Shown: positions 25,375-40,020, numbered from the whole stretch's first letter. The stretch is 61,640 bases of DNA, filler included, from Intoshia linei (GCA_001642005.1; 5 parts of 5 records of this genome joined end to end with filler, not necessarily neighbours in it), one strand, 5' to 3'. Notes: generated by a model from the sequence alone, not told the origin. Numbers and translations: made by a program.

Positions 25375-28300
25375 CATATAAAATAAATGAAGATTGCCAA
25401 TCGCAATATTGTGTCATAATGCTTGTTAATGGCATGCCAATAAAGACTCCAGCATATGAACCTATATATTTAATATATTATTTTATAAGTATAATATTCA
25501 GTCAGTACTTTCCAACCATTTTTGTTTGCCGAAACATATTTCAATCTCAAAAAATTTCGCGACATACCAATCAAAAAAATAAACGATTGATTAATAAATA
25601 AAGTTAATAAACTAAAATTTTTAGTACATATTTTTTCTGCTCACTTTAAATTACACCAATTTGTACACCAATATTTAATATTTTAAAAATTTCAAAAATT
25701 ATAAAATAAATTAAATAAAATTTTAAAAGTATGGAGACGCATTTGGAGATAATTGACGACACACAAATGTGAAGCGACATATCGGTTGTAAAGAACAGGA
25801 CTAAGTTTTACACATTTTCAGTATGTAAAAATAATTATTCATATGTTATTCTACTAGGTAAACATGAATCAATAGATATTGTGGCATACCAAGAGCGTTA
25901 CATTTTCATTTTTTTTCAAAACTTTCGTCTCTTTAATACAATTTTTGAATTCTGAATCTTTTTATTTCTCTATGCTTCTGAGTGTCGAATATTTTTGTGA
26001 TTACGAAAAATTTGGATGGTGATAAAGTAGTACCAAAAACAGGTACCAGTCAGGCTGACTGTATACTAAGATGTTAACAGTTTTCTAGAACAAAAAATTA
26101 ATCTTAATTAGATTAGTCTTAATCGATTTAAATTTTAAATGAATATACACAGTGTTTATTATTATTAAATGGTGTCTTTATATGTGAAATACCATTGATG
26201 TTAAGCAATAATGTATCGTAACTAGTGTTGTCAAATTTACCGAAAATTTAAAAATCGGTTTTTTGGGTTTTACCAGTTTTATTGCAATGTTGAATGTTCA
26301 TTTTAACCCAATTTAATTTCATAATCGACGTTGAAAACATTTTAAACAAGATAATATCTGGCAGGAATTAATAAATATACCTTAAAATCACGCAAGCATA
26401 CGGGACTTTTAATTTTATAAAATTTCACCAATTTACTATTTTTTAATTTGATTAAATCGAAATCACACATAATAACGAAAATTTTAGTTAAATGTAGATG
26501 AAATCTGTGATGAAATAGTCGACAAATGAGTAGTGAACCAATCATAAAAACAAAAAATTTAAAAATTGATCAAAGACATTTTCAAATATAAAAAATAGTG
26601 AAGATTAACTAAAAAAAATTAAGTAAAAAATTAAAAACATTATTTTCATTCAATTTTTAAAAAAAACTATTTTAAAAAAACATGTGCATCAAGTATTTGA
26701 GGATTTAATCGACTTCTTATTGAGAAAAAACTTAATCTATAGTATTAATTTTTTCAATATGTAAGTTATTACTACTTCACTTTTCAAAAGAGTACAATCA
26801 TTCCTATTCAGTTGGGTAACCGATAATTATATGGTATGATATGGTTTTATAATATTGATTAATTAATTTTTATGTTTATAAAAAAATTTACCGGAAAAAC
26901 CGGTTTGACAACACTAGTCGTAACTAATAAATACATAAAAATTTAGTTGTATGGTTATGACACGAGAAACTTATATGTAACGCTCTTGGTATATCACAAA
27001 TATGTTATTGTAATACATAATAGATAGCAGATAAAAAATTTTAATGCAAGGCTAAATTACAATAAAATGTAAATTATTAATACAAATTAATTAAAATCTA
27101 TTTTTAATACTGAAATTAATTAATTTTTTTTAATATTATATTTAAATTAAAAAATGAGTTCACTAAATAGTAAATTAGTTAATTGAATAGAATCTAACGA
27201 CAATCTTTTGTAAGCGTAATATACATAATCCCTTTTTTAAAAACAATTAATTAATGTAATTATATTATCCATCTGCCTTATAAAACCTTTGAGTTTTCTT
27301 TTTCGATTTACAAACATTTTAAATTTCAACGTGATTTAAACTTACGTACATAAAATCGTAACTAATTATGAAAAATGGTTATAAAATTTTTAGTTTTATA
27401 TTTTAAATTAATGGCTAGTTATAAAATAAAATGTTAATATTTCTATATTACAGTAATAATCATTTGGCGAAATACACTATTGGCGAGTTATTGAGTTGTG
27501 GAGAGAATACTGTATTAACAATTATATAGTAATACGATTGTAGTGTCAAATTCTATTACAAATATACGAAAACATCTAAATTTGTAATTACCCTTGGTGG
27601 TATATATTTTAATCATTATATAATTGTTTACTCTACCAGAAAAAGATATAGTTGATAATCTTGAATGTTCAAAAGGAGGTGCCCAGTATCTCCACAATCC
27701 ATGACATGCTGGATAAGTGACTCCCTAAATATCAATATAACAAAGAAACATTAATTCAGATAATAAAATAGAATCCTTTTTCTACCAAAAAATGTACATG
27801 TTTCTGAGCGTCACTAATAGTGACTTACTATATATGATTTTATATATATCATCTATTCGAGAATAAAGGACTGTTAGTGCGCATCTAGTGAATTGTCGTA
27901 TAAAATAACATAATCTATAATGAGGTGTTGCAAAAATTAAATTAAATTATTTAACTGATGTTGAATGTTATATGTGGTTGGAAAAGGGGAAATTTTTTTT
28001 TATATATGATTTAAGAATACTTACTACTGATAAGATTTAAAAATTTAAATAATCCACTTATTTGAAAGATAAAGTAAAAAATAAATTATATTCGATAATA
28101 CAGATATTTGAAGATACAGTAGACTCTCGAAACGTGACTACTAAATATCAAATAGAAACTACCGTACACGAAAAAATATCAGTTTCCCAATTTTTTTAAT
28201 TTAAAAATATTATATTTATTCATATCATTCTATTGTTTTGTAGTCCAAATTAGTATAACAGCGACTAGGGCCTAATTTTAAAATATCTAGATATCTAATA

Positions 28301-31300
28301 GAAAGAAGTCTCGAAGCAAAGTAGGTTGAATCTGATGTCAATGGTTAGAATCTAAGCTGGTTAGATATTTAATAAATTTACATTTTTATAAAAAATAAAT
28401 ATAAATGTTAATATTAAAAATAGCATCTTATTTTTAATATATTTTCACGATCGCCTAATGAATAATATTTATAGATTAATTTATCGGTATTTTATCCATT
28501 TTATATTGTTAAATATAATGTAATTAACTTAATTAATACCGTAACTAAAGTAATATTTTTAATTTAATGGAAAAAATGACCACCTCCAAGAAAGTGGTAA
28601 CTTTTCGAGATTTTACTTTATAATCAAAATATATTTTTTAGTCAAAAAAAAATAAAAATAGTTTTTTTAACACCTCCTGAAATTAATTCTAACAACCCGG
28701 TTAAGAAACTCTGCAATATTTATCCAGTGAAGAGTGTATATTATTTGAAATTACATATTAATTTATAATATTTATTTATATGCAATTAATTTTTTAATCA
28801 TATTGAAAATTTATTCTACGAGTACCATTATTACATATCGTATTTATTAAAACTATCTATAGTTACATAATCCTCATTATAGTTATAATAATAACATACC
28901 TCAATTAAACCTTGAAGTATACGCACTAATATCAAACATATATAGTTTATTTTAAATGCAAAAGGAACTATTAAGTTTAAAAGGCATGATAAACCGATGG
29001 CATACCCAAAAACGCTAAAATATATAATTATAATTTCTTAAAATTGTATTTAAAAGTGTATTTAAAACTTTTGGTATACGACAATAATTAAACATTCAAT
29101 CATTTAAGATTTTTTTTTAATGGTTCGTGAACATTTTTGTGAAAAATATAATTTTCTTTGTATAGATCAGCGTTTCTCAACGAAATTAATAGTTTACCAA
29201 TATATTGACGCATCTGTAAAATATCATAAATTAAATTAAAGTTTAACAAGTGTATTTCAATTATGGTAGAATTGCTTCCTTCAAAGAGATTTTGCTGAAA
29301 TATAATATTTCATAATAATTTATAAAAAGAAATTTTTAACATTTTTCTAAATATTTTTCGGGACCGGTAGAAAATTATGCGGACTAAATATTGGGAAACG
29401 CTAATTTATATTAAATTTCTGTAATTTCATAAACATAAATACATGGTACATGTACATGCAAATATTTCATAAACTGTATACTAAAATGGTTAATTTTGAT
29501 AAAAATTTTGAGTAATTTTTTTTATATCAGATAAGATAAATCATGTCATCGTTTATAATATAAATAATAATTGTGAATACCATTATAAATAAAAATGATA
29601 AAATTTAAAATGAGGTTTATAAATATATTATATACTTAGGTCATATATTTATTTATATTTGTAATTACATATTTGATGGGTAGCGTGTTGACATGTAACC
29701 ACCTGGAATTTGAGTTATGATGTATCCAAAAAAGAATGAACTGTTTATTAATCCAATTATTTCTGAATTCCGATGATTATTATTCTACAAGCACAGTATT
29801 TACATATGTATGTATGTATGTACGTACAGTATGTATAAATATAATATATATTAAAAAAATATATGTCAGTAAAAGAATAATAATTATAACGAAATAAAAT
29901 TATATATGTCAGGTGTACACAAAATACAACAAGGGTTTTATTACCTGTAAATTTACTTCTGCGAGCCGCACAAATATTAAAATTATGAACTTTAGAAAAA
30001 AATTAACAATTGAATTTTACAAAAAAATTATAATTCTAAATTATAAAATTCTAATAAACCTTAATCTTGTCATCATTTTGTACTATAGCATTTGATATCA
30101 TGAAAATATTTTAATTCATGCAATATTACATAACTATATTAAATCATAAAAATTAATTTTCTACATTAAACTATTATTTTTTACTTGAAAAGAAACTATG
30201 TGGAATCAGATTTTTCCTTTATAATTTCTCTTTGAAACCCCAGCAGGAATCGTTTTTTAAGAGTAAAAAAATTCGGGACCTGACTGGTTAGATCGTTATT
30301 AAAACCTTAAACCCCAGAGTCGAGATACGGTCGGGCAAATAACTTCTTAGATCACAAAATTTAACCCCAGATAAAAATTGAACGTCGGGTGACATTCCAC
30401 ATTGTAATAATTAGTTAGTTATTGGTGCATTGAATAGATTAATTTTATAAAATGTATAATGATGTTCACAACACTTGTGTACACGGTGGTTGGAATTTCA
30501 TTGATTTATATTTAGAATTATAGAAAAAGGACAGTCGATTGAAAGTTGTCACCAAAAACTTGTATTTAAATACACAATATATATTTAAAATTGTTATTTT
30601 ATTTTGAAAGCTTCACAGTCATAGGCCGACACTATTTAGAAGGAAAAAAGGCCTACGTATTTTCTCCTTGCAACGATTTTGATTATTTTATGGATTGTGA
30701 ATCTGACTCTTCAATTGTATTGTGTATAAATAGTAATAGATTTAAAAAATTGACTAAATTAGTTTTTTATATATTTAAATGTATGTTTGTTCTTAAATTT
30801 CTTATCTACTTTAATTAATCTTAGATCATATTTATCTTTCTTATTTAAATTATTTCTTTATATTTTTATTTGTATATTACATATGTTAATGTATATTTAT
30901 GAATGTAATAGATTGATTTAAAATATAAAAATTTTCTTCATATTTACCAATTTTTATCTTGGAAGTATATATTAATACATCAATACATAATTATTATTAT
31001 CATTTTTAATAATCTTAATGTATTATACATATCATAGAATTGGAATTTTGTGGAACCACATTAAGGTACATAATATCAACTTTAATTAGATTTTATACAA
31101 GTTGATAGTATTCTTGAAAGTATTTTTATACATTTCTGAAGTTATGAAACAATTACCTTGTAATTGTAGTTTATTGTGTTATTATAGACTTCGACCGATG
31201 CATTCGAGTGAATCGGATTATCATATTTATTTAATTCTAGTATGGCTATGCCCAAATTACAGCGCATTCCGAATAAAATAAGAAAACCAAGAGCACATCC

Positions 31301-31438
31301 AACTGCCATTTGATATCTGACGGGAATTTTTTTGTTAAAGGAAAAAGGTGCTATTAATTTATATATATCATAAATATACCAAATACAGGAATGATTGTAT
31401 TCAATATTGCTAGAATCACTACTTCTTGAATTAATCAT
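25375..31438 (-). CDS. Vesicular glutamate transporter (SLC17A6/7/8, eat-4-like), first five exons; 3' part lies off the contig
   Basis: Exons encode [16 protein letters not shown]; [16 protein letters not shown] (~29675-29785); [15 protein letters not shown] (~28900-29015); [23 protein letters not shown] (~27637-27724); and [11 protein letters not shown] (~25375-25459). Confidence 0.88.
26223..26916. mobile_element. hAT (Ac-type) MITE
   Basis: atcgtaac|TAGTGTTGTCAAA...TTTGACAACACTA|gtcgtaac: perfect 13-bp TIR and 7/8 TSD. Confidence 0.85.
28117..28618. mobile_element. Tigger/pogo-type MITE, degenerate
   Basis: TA|CAGTAGACTCTCGAAA...TTTTCGAGATTTTACT. Confidence 0.5.
29168..29403. mobile_element. 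hAT MITE, degenerate
   Basis: CAGCGTTTCTCAA...TTGGGAAACGCTA. Confidence 0.55.
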
Positions 31439-32302
31439 TTGATATAAATCCATCAAAAAAAAGTATAAAATGAACAAATTATAAAGTAATTAAATTGTTA
31501 TAATGGATAAAGTAAATAATCAATAGACGAGGGTTTAATTACTATTAATCAATAAAAACATATTATTAAGTAAGAGGATAGCGATTTTAGTTTAGCAATT
31601 AATTTATTTATTTATTTTCTCAATCATATAATAAATACTATAATATACTTTATGAAATGAAGAATATTCATAATTTAATTTAAATTCAAGAACGATATTT
31701 TAATTTTAAGTTGCAAATGTGATTCGATTTAGAATTATTATTTTATATTAAAATTTCTATCATTTTTATAAAAAATAGTACAGATACATATTTTACAAAT
31801 TATTAATAATATCAATACATCAGAATCATGTTAAATTTGTATATTTTTATTTTCTAATAAAATCAATTTAGTTTTATTCTAAATATACATGTTAAGCTAC
31901 AGTTATGTAATTATTCGATAAATTCAAATGGCACTGTTGTATAATATATTAATTCAATTAAAATCCATCAAAAATTGACAATACCTATAATAGAATTCCC
32001 ATATATCACAGATTATAAATTAATTTATGATATGTGGCTAAGTAAATATATTTTGCCAGAATACAATGAATATCGCAAAATAATATGCGATAAATGTTAA
32101 AAAAATTCAAATAATGAAATGCAAACATAACAATTAAAGATTTAGTCATATTTAATGAGAATAAATGAAATGTTTATCTGGAAAATATTTATTTTCTAAC
32201 TAAAGTAATGTTATCAATTGTCTATAATATAAATAAGTTCTTAAGGGGGACTCAGGAAAAATTGAGCAATTTTTGTATTACGTCAGTAAAATTTATTTAT
32301 AA

Positions 32303-32378
32303 CTAGCTTGGCTGTTATGTAATTCGTACAAACGCACCTAGCTCTGCCGAGGGCGGACTTTACCAAAAAAATAAATTA
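32303..32378 (-). mobile_element. Helitron 3' end, reverse orientation
   Basis: Reverse complement of gccctcggcagagctaggtgcgtttgtacgaattacataacagccaagCTAG-t. Confidence 0.7.
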
Positions 32379-33213
32379 AATAACTTAAAGGACTTAACGT
32401 TGTTCATAATCGAAAGGAAATTTTCCGAAAATGTCGATTTTGATGCAGTTAAACAACTCAACAGTTGAATGTTCAACATTAAAAAATTAAGTAGAATAAA
32501 AACTAGAAAAAAATATTTAAAATATTTATAAAAAATTTAAATGTGGTCATGTAATTATCCGGTATCAATTCCATATATATTGAAAAAAAATTAAGAAACT
32601 AAAATTAATTGAAAAAGCTAAATTGCTATGATGTTGTCAATCATTATCTTTTGATAACGAACTGTAAAATTAAAAAGAGAAGCATGATGTTGATCAGGAA
32701 AATTTTAGCTTTTTATTTATATGAGTCTCATGCAGATCCTCGAAAAGTTTCCATTTTGTTGTCTAGTGTAATAGATAGAAATATTTAATAAAAATAATAT
32801 AAAAATTCCAATTTAAATACATTATATGTATATGCATTTGTCCCCTAATAATTATTTCGCCCCCTGGCTGAAAATCTTAGATCCGACACTGGTATACCTC
32901 TGGCATATTCCTATAAGCACAAATAATCAAATTAAATATTTAAGGGTATCCTTGTTCTGTTAAGACTTAACAGTTAAGTCATAATAACAAGAAATGGAAA
33001 ATTATGTGTAATTTGAAGATCTTAACATACCTGAAATGGATACAAAGCGGTGATTCTTCTTATCAATGTTTTATATGTCTCTTTAAATTAAAGCATTAAA
33101 TTTTAATGCAATAAATTGAGAGAAACATTACGTATAACTAGAATATCCTCTACGTGATAATTTTATCTTGAATCAAAATATCTATATGTGACAACATCTT
33201 GTTCCTTATAGAC

Positions 33214-33485
33214 CAGTACAGCAACTTTTTTATCTCGTGGGTCCCGTTTTTGAAAATTTACACATGATTTAAACTAAACAGAACCGGTTCTAGTATATTC
33301 AACAAAATAAAGTCCAGGGCTATCTGAAAATTCAGTATTAAAGTGATTTATAATGACCAAATTATAGTAGAAATGTGTATAATGCAAATAATAAGACGAT
33401 GTTTAAAAGTTGAAAAATAAATAATTTATATATTTACTCAATGGACCACCAAAATTATTATGTGGGTGCAGGTTGCCGAACCCTT
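33214..33485. mobile_element. hAT MITE
   Basis: Perfect 8-bp TSD ttatagac on both sides; degenerate CAG..GCAAC / GTTGCCGAACCC termini. Confidence 0.65.
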
Positions 33486-34363
33486 TTATAGACAAATATT
33501 ACTATCACCGTTATAAGTAAAATTGGGATCATATTTAAAATTCATCAAAGCTTTACAAAATTTCAAATTTCAATGATCAAGGATCATCCATGATGTAGGC
33601 GATAATTTTCTTAGGCATTTAACATACATTCTGAAATTATGTATGTATTTGTTTACTAATAAATTTGTTGTATATTTGCTATTGCATATTTTTACCCATC
33701 ATTAATTTATGATTTGGAAATATTGTAGCATACAAATTTTTATATGATGAATGGACAGTAGTATTATCTAATAAAAATATACAAAAGAAGATTAAAAAAA
33801 ACAATTCAAGAAATGTATTGTAAAAAAATAAAAATAATATTTTGCTGTACCTTCGTAATTAAATACGTTCAAAGTAAGTTCAACTAAAATTATAATTTTT
33901 AAGGTAACATAATTTGGTCGAATAAATAACGACTACGAAAATGTAATAAAGCATTGCTCATATGTCTGAAGTGATTTGCGATAAGGATCAATCATTTAAT
34001 AAGTATTAAAAATTTGTATTTTGATAAATGATGCCAAATCATAAGTTTAACAGATTGTAAAATAAAGTATTTTAATTCAAGATTTATTTGAGTATATATA
34101 TTGATTTTACAATGTCCCAAGTTGATAAAAATAATTATTGATATGTTGTATATATCATAATATGTCTTTCATGACACTTTGATGAGTGGGAACACAAATC
34201 TACCTATTCTAATAGATATAAAAAAATTTACATGTCCGCATCGAATTTTCAATATCTTTACATAACTTTAAGTTGGAAAGAACTCACCTTTCAAGTTTGT
34301 GCATTCCAACAAACTCGTATAGAAAGTGAAAATTCTGCACTAGGCATTTAAATAACTATTACA

Positions 34364-35796
34364 TCCTTACTTAAATAATATGCTACGCAATATTGGTTTG
34401 TGTGTGTGTTCCAATTTATTTCAAAAACTATCAGTCTTAGAATTTTATAAAGTCCACATTTCAATTACAGTTTTTTCCGAAGGATATAATAAGATAAATT
34501 TCAACTTTCCAAATTCACATCTTACGGGTCATAAACCCCAATTGTCCTTTTTTTGAAAATCAAACGAGTTGGAGAATTTAAAAAAATATATACGCTAATA
34601 CGGATTTTAAAACCATAAACATTATCACAAATTTAAATTTAAAAAAATTATATCTTTAGGCCAAAACCACAAATTACCCTTTTTTTATGAAAACAGTCCT
34701 AAAATTTAAAAAAATTAATGGTAATACAGTTTTATCCTGTTAACACACACAAAAAATTTCAATCCGAATAAATGACGACTTCACGGTCAAAAAAGCATTT
34801 TAGTATTCATATATTTTTTTCCGAAATATATTTTATTACAAAAAAAAATAAAAAATTTAAAATAATTAACCGTCCAAAAATTAAAAAAAAGTAAGATTAT
34901 TCTGATAGAGATTATTCCAGTTGATATATATATACAAAATTTCAACCCCAGAAATCTACGCACTCCCGCTGAAAAATAATTTTTAATATATTATCAACCA
35001 ATATTTTTCAAATATTTCGATTATCTAATATATCTTAATAATGTAAGTTATAATAAAAATTGAATATGTAAATATTGATCCTACAATTTCAAAAAAAATG
35101 TGCATTGAATATGGGTGAAAATCTATATAATTAATTCCTTCCGAATTTTTTTCATTGCTACGCAATTTTTAAATTTCAAATTTAAACTACAACAACGAAA
35201 CTAAAAGTAATACAACTTTGTTATTATCATTTTTATATTTATTACAATCTTTTGCAATATTAATAAAATTCGCCTGACACATATATTTTGTTTATAAAGT
35301 AAAAATTCCGTTAATTATTGATACATAATTGGTATTTTTAAGTATTTATTAAATTGTTACTGAATATATATCATCAGTGATGATTCATCACATTGAAAAT
35401 GACAAAATAAGTTTTTTTAATTTTGTTTTTTCTGGAATTTATGCTATTTATGAAAATTTTTATGATTGGACTGTTTTTACTTTATTTTTGATATTATACA
35501 CACATTCTGTCTAATAAATTAAAAAAATGGAATAACAATTGCTTTTAAAATTCTTTACGCAAATGTTAACAAACAAAAATTAAGACGGAATAATTCACTT
35601 TAAAGTAGTAAGTAATGTGATATGATGGTTCCACCTGAAACAAATTTGGAAACCACTCCTTTAAAAGATTGATTATAGTGAATAGTAGGATTTTTAAGTT
35701 AGATTTTCAACATGAATTTATTTTTTTGGTACAATAAAAATGTGCCCTCGGCAGAGCTAGGTCCTGTTTGTACTTAGTACATAACAGTCAACCTAG
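34364..35796 (+). mobile_element. Full-length non-autonomous Helitron-like element (~1.43 kb)
   Basis: A|TCCTTACTT start followed by a (GT)n tract. 3' hairpin ctgtttgtac-tta-gtacataacag followed by CTAG|T, no TSD. Colinear with the copies at 43952 and 60723. Confidence 0.8.
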
Positions 35797-37984
35797 TACA
35801 TCTATAATATAGATTCTACTATATGTACTACTATAGTATATGTAATACTCTACATTAGGGTGTGCATGTTTTCACTTTCTTGCGAAGATACAAAAGTGAC
35901 ACCCCATACGTGGAATATGTGGAAAATTTTATCTAATGCACAAAACTAAACATTTAATTATTTAAATCAGTATTTTCCCATTTTTTTACTACTTTACCCA
36001 TATTACTCTACTTATTTTGATATTACCCACAATATTTTTTTAACTGCATATTGGATGGTCAGGTTCTTAGAATAAGAGCCATAATAAATTTTAATATTTA
36101 TACATTAATTAAAACAATATAAATCTTATTATACAAAATAATAAAAAAAAATTATTTTTTAATTTTATTTTAAAAAAAAGGTAAATTTGGATGTCAACAC
36201 TGAAGGACTCAATTTATCTTGATGGAACGTACATAAAAACATGACTCGCAACACTGTATTAGAAATTCGATTTTTTAAATAATATGCAACACATACTTTT
36301 AATTTTATCAATCAATATTAATTTATTACATGACTTATTATTATATCATTTTGGAAAAATTATATTTTATACGTTACTGCACAGTACGTATGCGACTCAA
36401 AAAAAAAATTAAAAAATAAAATATAAATACTTAAAAACTAATTTTAGTAAAATAATAAAACTTCACCATTAACAATTAAATATTCATAATAGTATTCAGG
36501 TATATCCATAATATGGATTCCATATACAAATATTAATCAACAGATGCATAATATTACAATTTATAACCAATCCATTTAGTGTTTGCAATTTGTCGAGAAA
36601 AAAATTAACTCATAGTAATACAATAAAAATTTTTAATTATGGAAAAACTAAAAGTACTAACAGTTCCAAAATTATCAATATTTTTGAAATAATGAAAGAT
36701 AACAATCTGGTATTAATTGGTTAAATTTTAAAATCTTAAATAAAATACCCAAAATAGGAGAAAAATGCTATCTATTTAACATTTTGTATTATATATTACA
36801 TTATATATTATATATGAATAAGTCCAAGATTAAAGTCATTTTTGAGACTTTAATTTTTTTTTTCTACATTCAAATATTTTTTATTTTTAAAACTGATCCA
36901 CTCATCAAATGATATTTTCCACCATTACATTTTATCTTAGAAATCTTTTCAATTATTTGTCTTCTAATTTTTCCAAAGTAACTATTTACACGATTAATTA
37001 CACAGTTTTGAGATATAGGCAGCCTATTGGTTTTAAATTTTTTCAAATAAAATTTGATCGGCTAACTTGGTCTATGGTTAGTCCATCGTACGCAATCAAT
37101 TATGACTTCAACCCTTTCGTGGTTATCATCATTTTTTAAATACACTGTTATATTGGGATTTTTTTTTGTTTTTTTATTTACAGGTCACTCAATGCTTTGA
37201 TCATAAAATGTACGCTGTTAAGTGACGATGTAAACCAGGTGTTGAAGAATTTTTAGAACTCATCATTTTACCCCAAATAGAGCATTTTCCTTTTCGTTTT
37301 CTCACTTAAAACAGTCAAATTATCAAAGTCAAAGTCAAAGTTCAAAGTCTAATATCAAATTAATAAATGAAATCATAAAACTGAATTGAATTACCGTAAA
37401 ATGTAATGTTTTTTTATTGTCATAACTAAAATTATTTTGTATTTACACGATTAAATTTATTAACAATGATTAAAAATGATTATTTTTTGAACATTTTTTT
37501 TGCATTCATATAACAAACTACATTTTAGAAAATTTTCTAATATAATTTTAAATTTAAGAATATTTAAATTTATCGAGAGTAAGCACTACTTACACTCTGT
37601 TTTAAAAATAACGCAATTAGATATTTTAGTTTTTTAAAGGCTCTCAAAGCATTGTGTGGTATAAATATAACTGAAAATATACATAATAATGTTACCAAAT
37701 TTCAAACTAAAAAATAGAATTGTCTTTTAGCCGATAATATTAATTAAACAGAAAATTTGTCAAAATTGAATATTTTTTACAATATTTGTTTTAGAAATAA
37801 CGCGTCTTTTCATAAACTAATTTATTTTCTAATACTTACAAACTATTGCTTTAATATCGATGCAAAAAAATCCATTGGTGTTTATCAATCTAAAAATCCT
37901 ATCATTCATTGAATTGGTCAGTTTTTTAAATTATCAGTCGAAATACCCTCCCAGTAATTTTTCATAGCGGTTTTAAGCTTTCTA

Positions 37985-38160
37985 TAGAACAATAATGTGT
38001 GTTGTTGTCGACAGCTCTGGACATAATACCCCATAGGTTTTCGAGCAGATTGTGATCAGGTTACATAGAATGCCATGGTAAAAATGCAATATTAACCTCT
38101 TCAAAATATGCCTTTGTAGATCTTGATACATGGATGGCCGCATTATCTTGCTGATATAAC
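37985..38160 (-). pseudogene. Tc1-like transposase remnant
   Basis: Translates to YQQDNAAIHVSRSTKAYF...LPWHSM*PDHNLLENLWGIM, matching Tc1 QQDNAxxH...WPxxSPDLNPIENLW, with an internal stop. Confidence 0.75.
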
Positions 38161-38384
38161 AAATTGGTCCCTGTATATCAGTAGATTATTGAAAATTAAA
38201 TTTTGACAACAATCGGAGATGATTTTTATTTATAATTGAAATTATATTAAAATTCCATTTAGTTTTATCTATATTTCAATTTAATTCAAATGTTCTAACG
38301 TTTTGTCGGGATGTATATTCAGTATTAAAGATTTTATTTTACCTAGCATGATAGCTGTCGACCGCTGTAAATAACATCCAATAT

Positions 38385-38468
38385 TGAATTTATTTTTTTG
38401 GTAGAATTAAAAAATTCCGCTCTCGGCAGATCTAGGATGCTGTTTGTACGAAATATATAAGAGTTAGT
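38385..38468 (+). mobile_element. Degenerate Helitron 3' end
   Basis: gaatttattttttt...ctcggcagatctaggatgctgtttgtacg. Confidence 0.6.
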
Positions 38469-39920
38469 AGTTAATATATTTTGTGATCAAATTATTTTTT
38501 TAATTCTACATTTGATAAAATTTATTTGATGTAAAACAATATAATTTTGATCACAAAATACCATAATTACAAGTTTATTACATTATTAACAAAATATTAG
38601 ATTTCTGACATTTAAGGAATTTGGAAATGTAACTTAGTATCGATCTAAATATTCATTTACAGCTGTGCATTTTGGTACGGAAATTGTAAATTGTTTACCT
38701 AATATCTATTTTATTTAGAATTAAACTTATGTCAGAAATTAATTGAAAGTTTTTAATATATTATTATAGATTCAAAAACAACGAGTAGAAAAGTATCTTT
38801 AAATCTAACACTATTAATTATCATAGTAAATTGCTAGTTTCTCAAGGTAAAAGATTCATAATATATATTTAAGATATGCAGAAGCTAAATCGAGCAACAT
38901 TAATGTTAAACTTTAATATTGGGAAAGCAAACATTTCTGTAGCATCTACACTCAATAATATTACCAACAAAATAAAAGAATGGAAGGTATACGTTACATC
39001 AATTACCGTCTAACTGCATTTTGTGTATTTAATATATTTTGATAAATAATTATGAAAGGTAACACGTAACATCGGTTTGGCAACACTATAAATTAGGTAA
39101 TACAATGTAGAGCTCTGCAGGATCGATTCTCCTGTTCTTATCTGCCAGTGGCTGTTAATATTTTTCATAAACCTCTCGTACCCATTGTAGGTGTAATACG
39201 ATGCACCTGATCGCGAAAATAGAATAATTTTATTGGGTAAAATTATTATTTTAGTAAGTTATCACTGAAATGTTGCAATTGTTAATTGTAATAAATGTTG
39301 GGTGTATTTATATAACTAATGTATTATTATATAATAATCAGGGCAATATTTTATTGACTTTCAAAACATTTTACTTTATGAATGGTATATTTTCACGTAT
39401 GTTACAGAAATGTGCATCTTTATATAGTATTTTTGTATTTGTTTTTGCAATAATATATAAAATAAAATTTTTTGAACATTGATAAAGTATGATAAAAATT
39501 TGTAGGTATAAATGTATCACAGACATTTTTTCCAAAATAATTATTTCGAGTAATTATAATCAATCGAAAAATTTGAATGCTGTAAAAAATATATACTTTA
39601 ACAATAATTTCAATAAAATGACGAAATAGGTGATATGATGTATATGCATTATTTACTTAGACGTAAATTGTAAGGTGATATATCGTTGATATTTTAGAAA
39701 AATCCAGTTTTAATTAACAAAATAGTTAAAAATTAATTTTATTACGAAAAGAAAAAAATACACTTTTACTGACCATTCAAATACTATTTACTATTTTAAT
39801 GCAACACAAAATGATAGTTCGCAGTGTTAGAGTTATAATGTTCTATCTGAATTTTTGTCAAAAATAAGGTTTTTGATGAAAAATGTTTTAAATCATATCT
39901 TTTACATTTTTACCAAAAAA

Positions 39921-40020
39921 NNNNNNNNNNNNNNNNNNNNNNNNNNNNNNNNNNNNNNNNNNNNTTAATTAATTAANNNNNNNNNNNNNNNNNNNNNNNN
40001 NNNNNNNNNNNNNNNNNNNN
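39921..40020. other. Artificial contig spacer
   Basis: N44-TTAATTAATTAA-N44. Confidence 0.97.

Noticed and set aside
38860-39235. GC-richer patch with an open minus-strand frame of ~60 codons
   Set aside because: No recognisable motif or clear splice structure; likely a decayed transposon.
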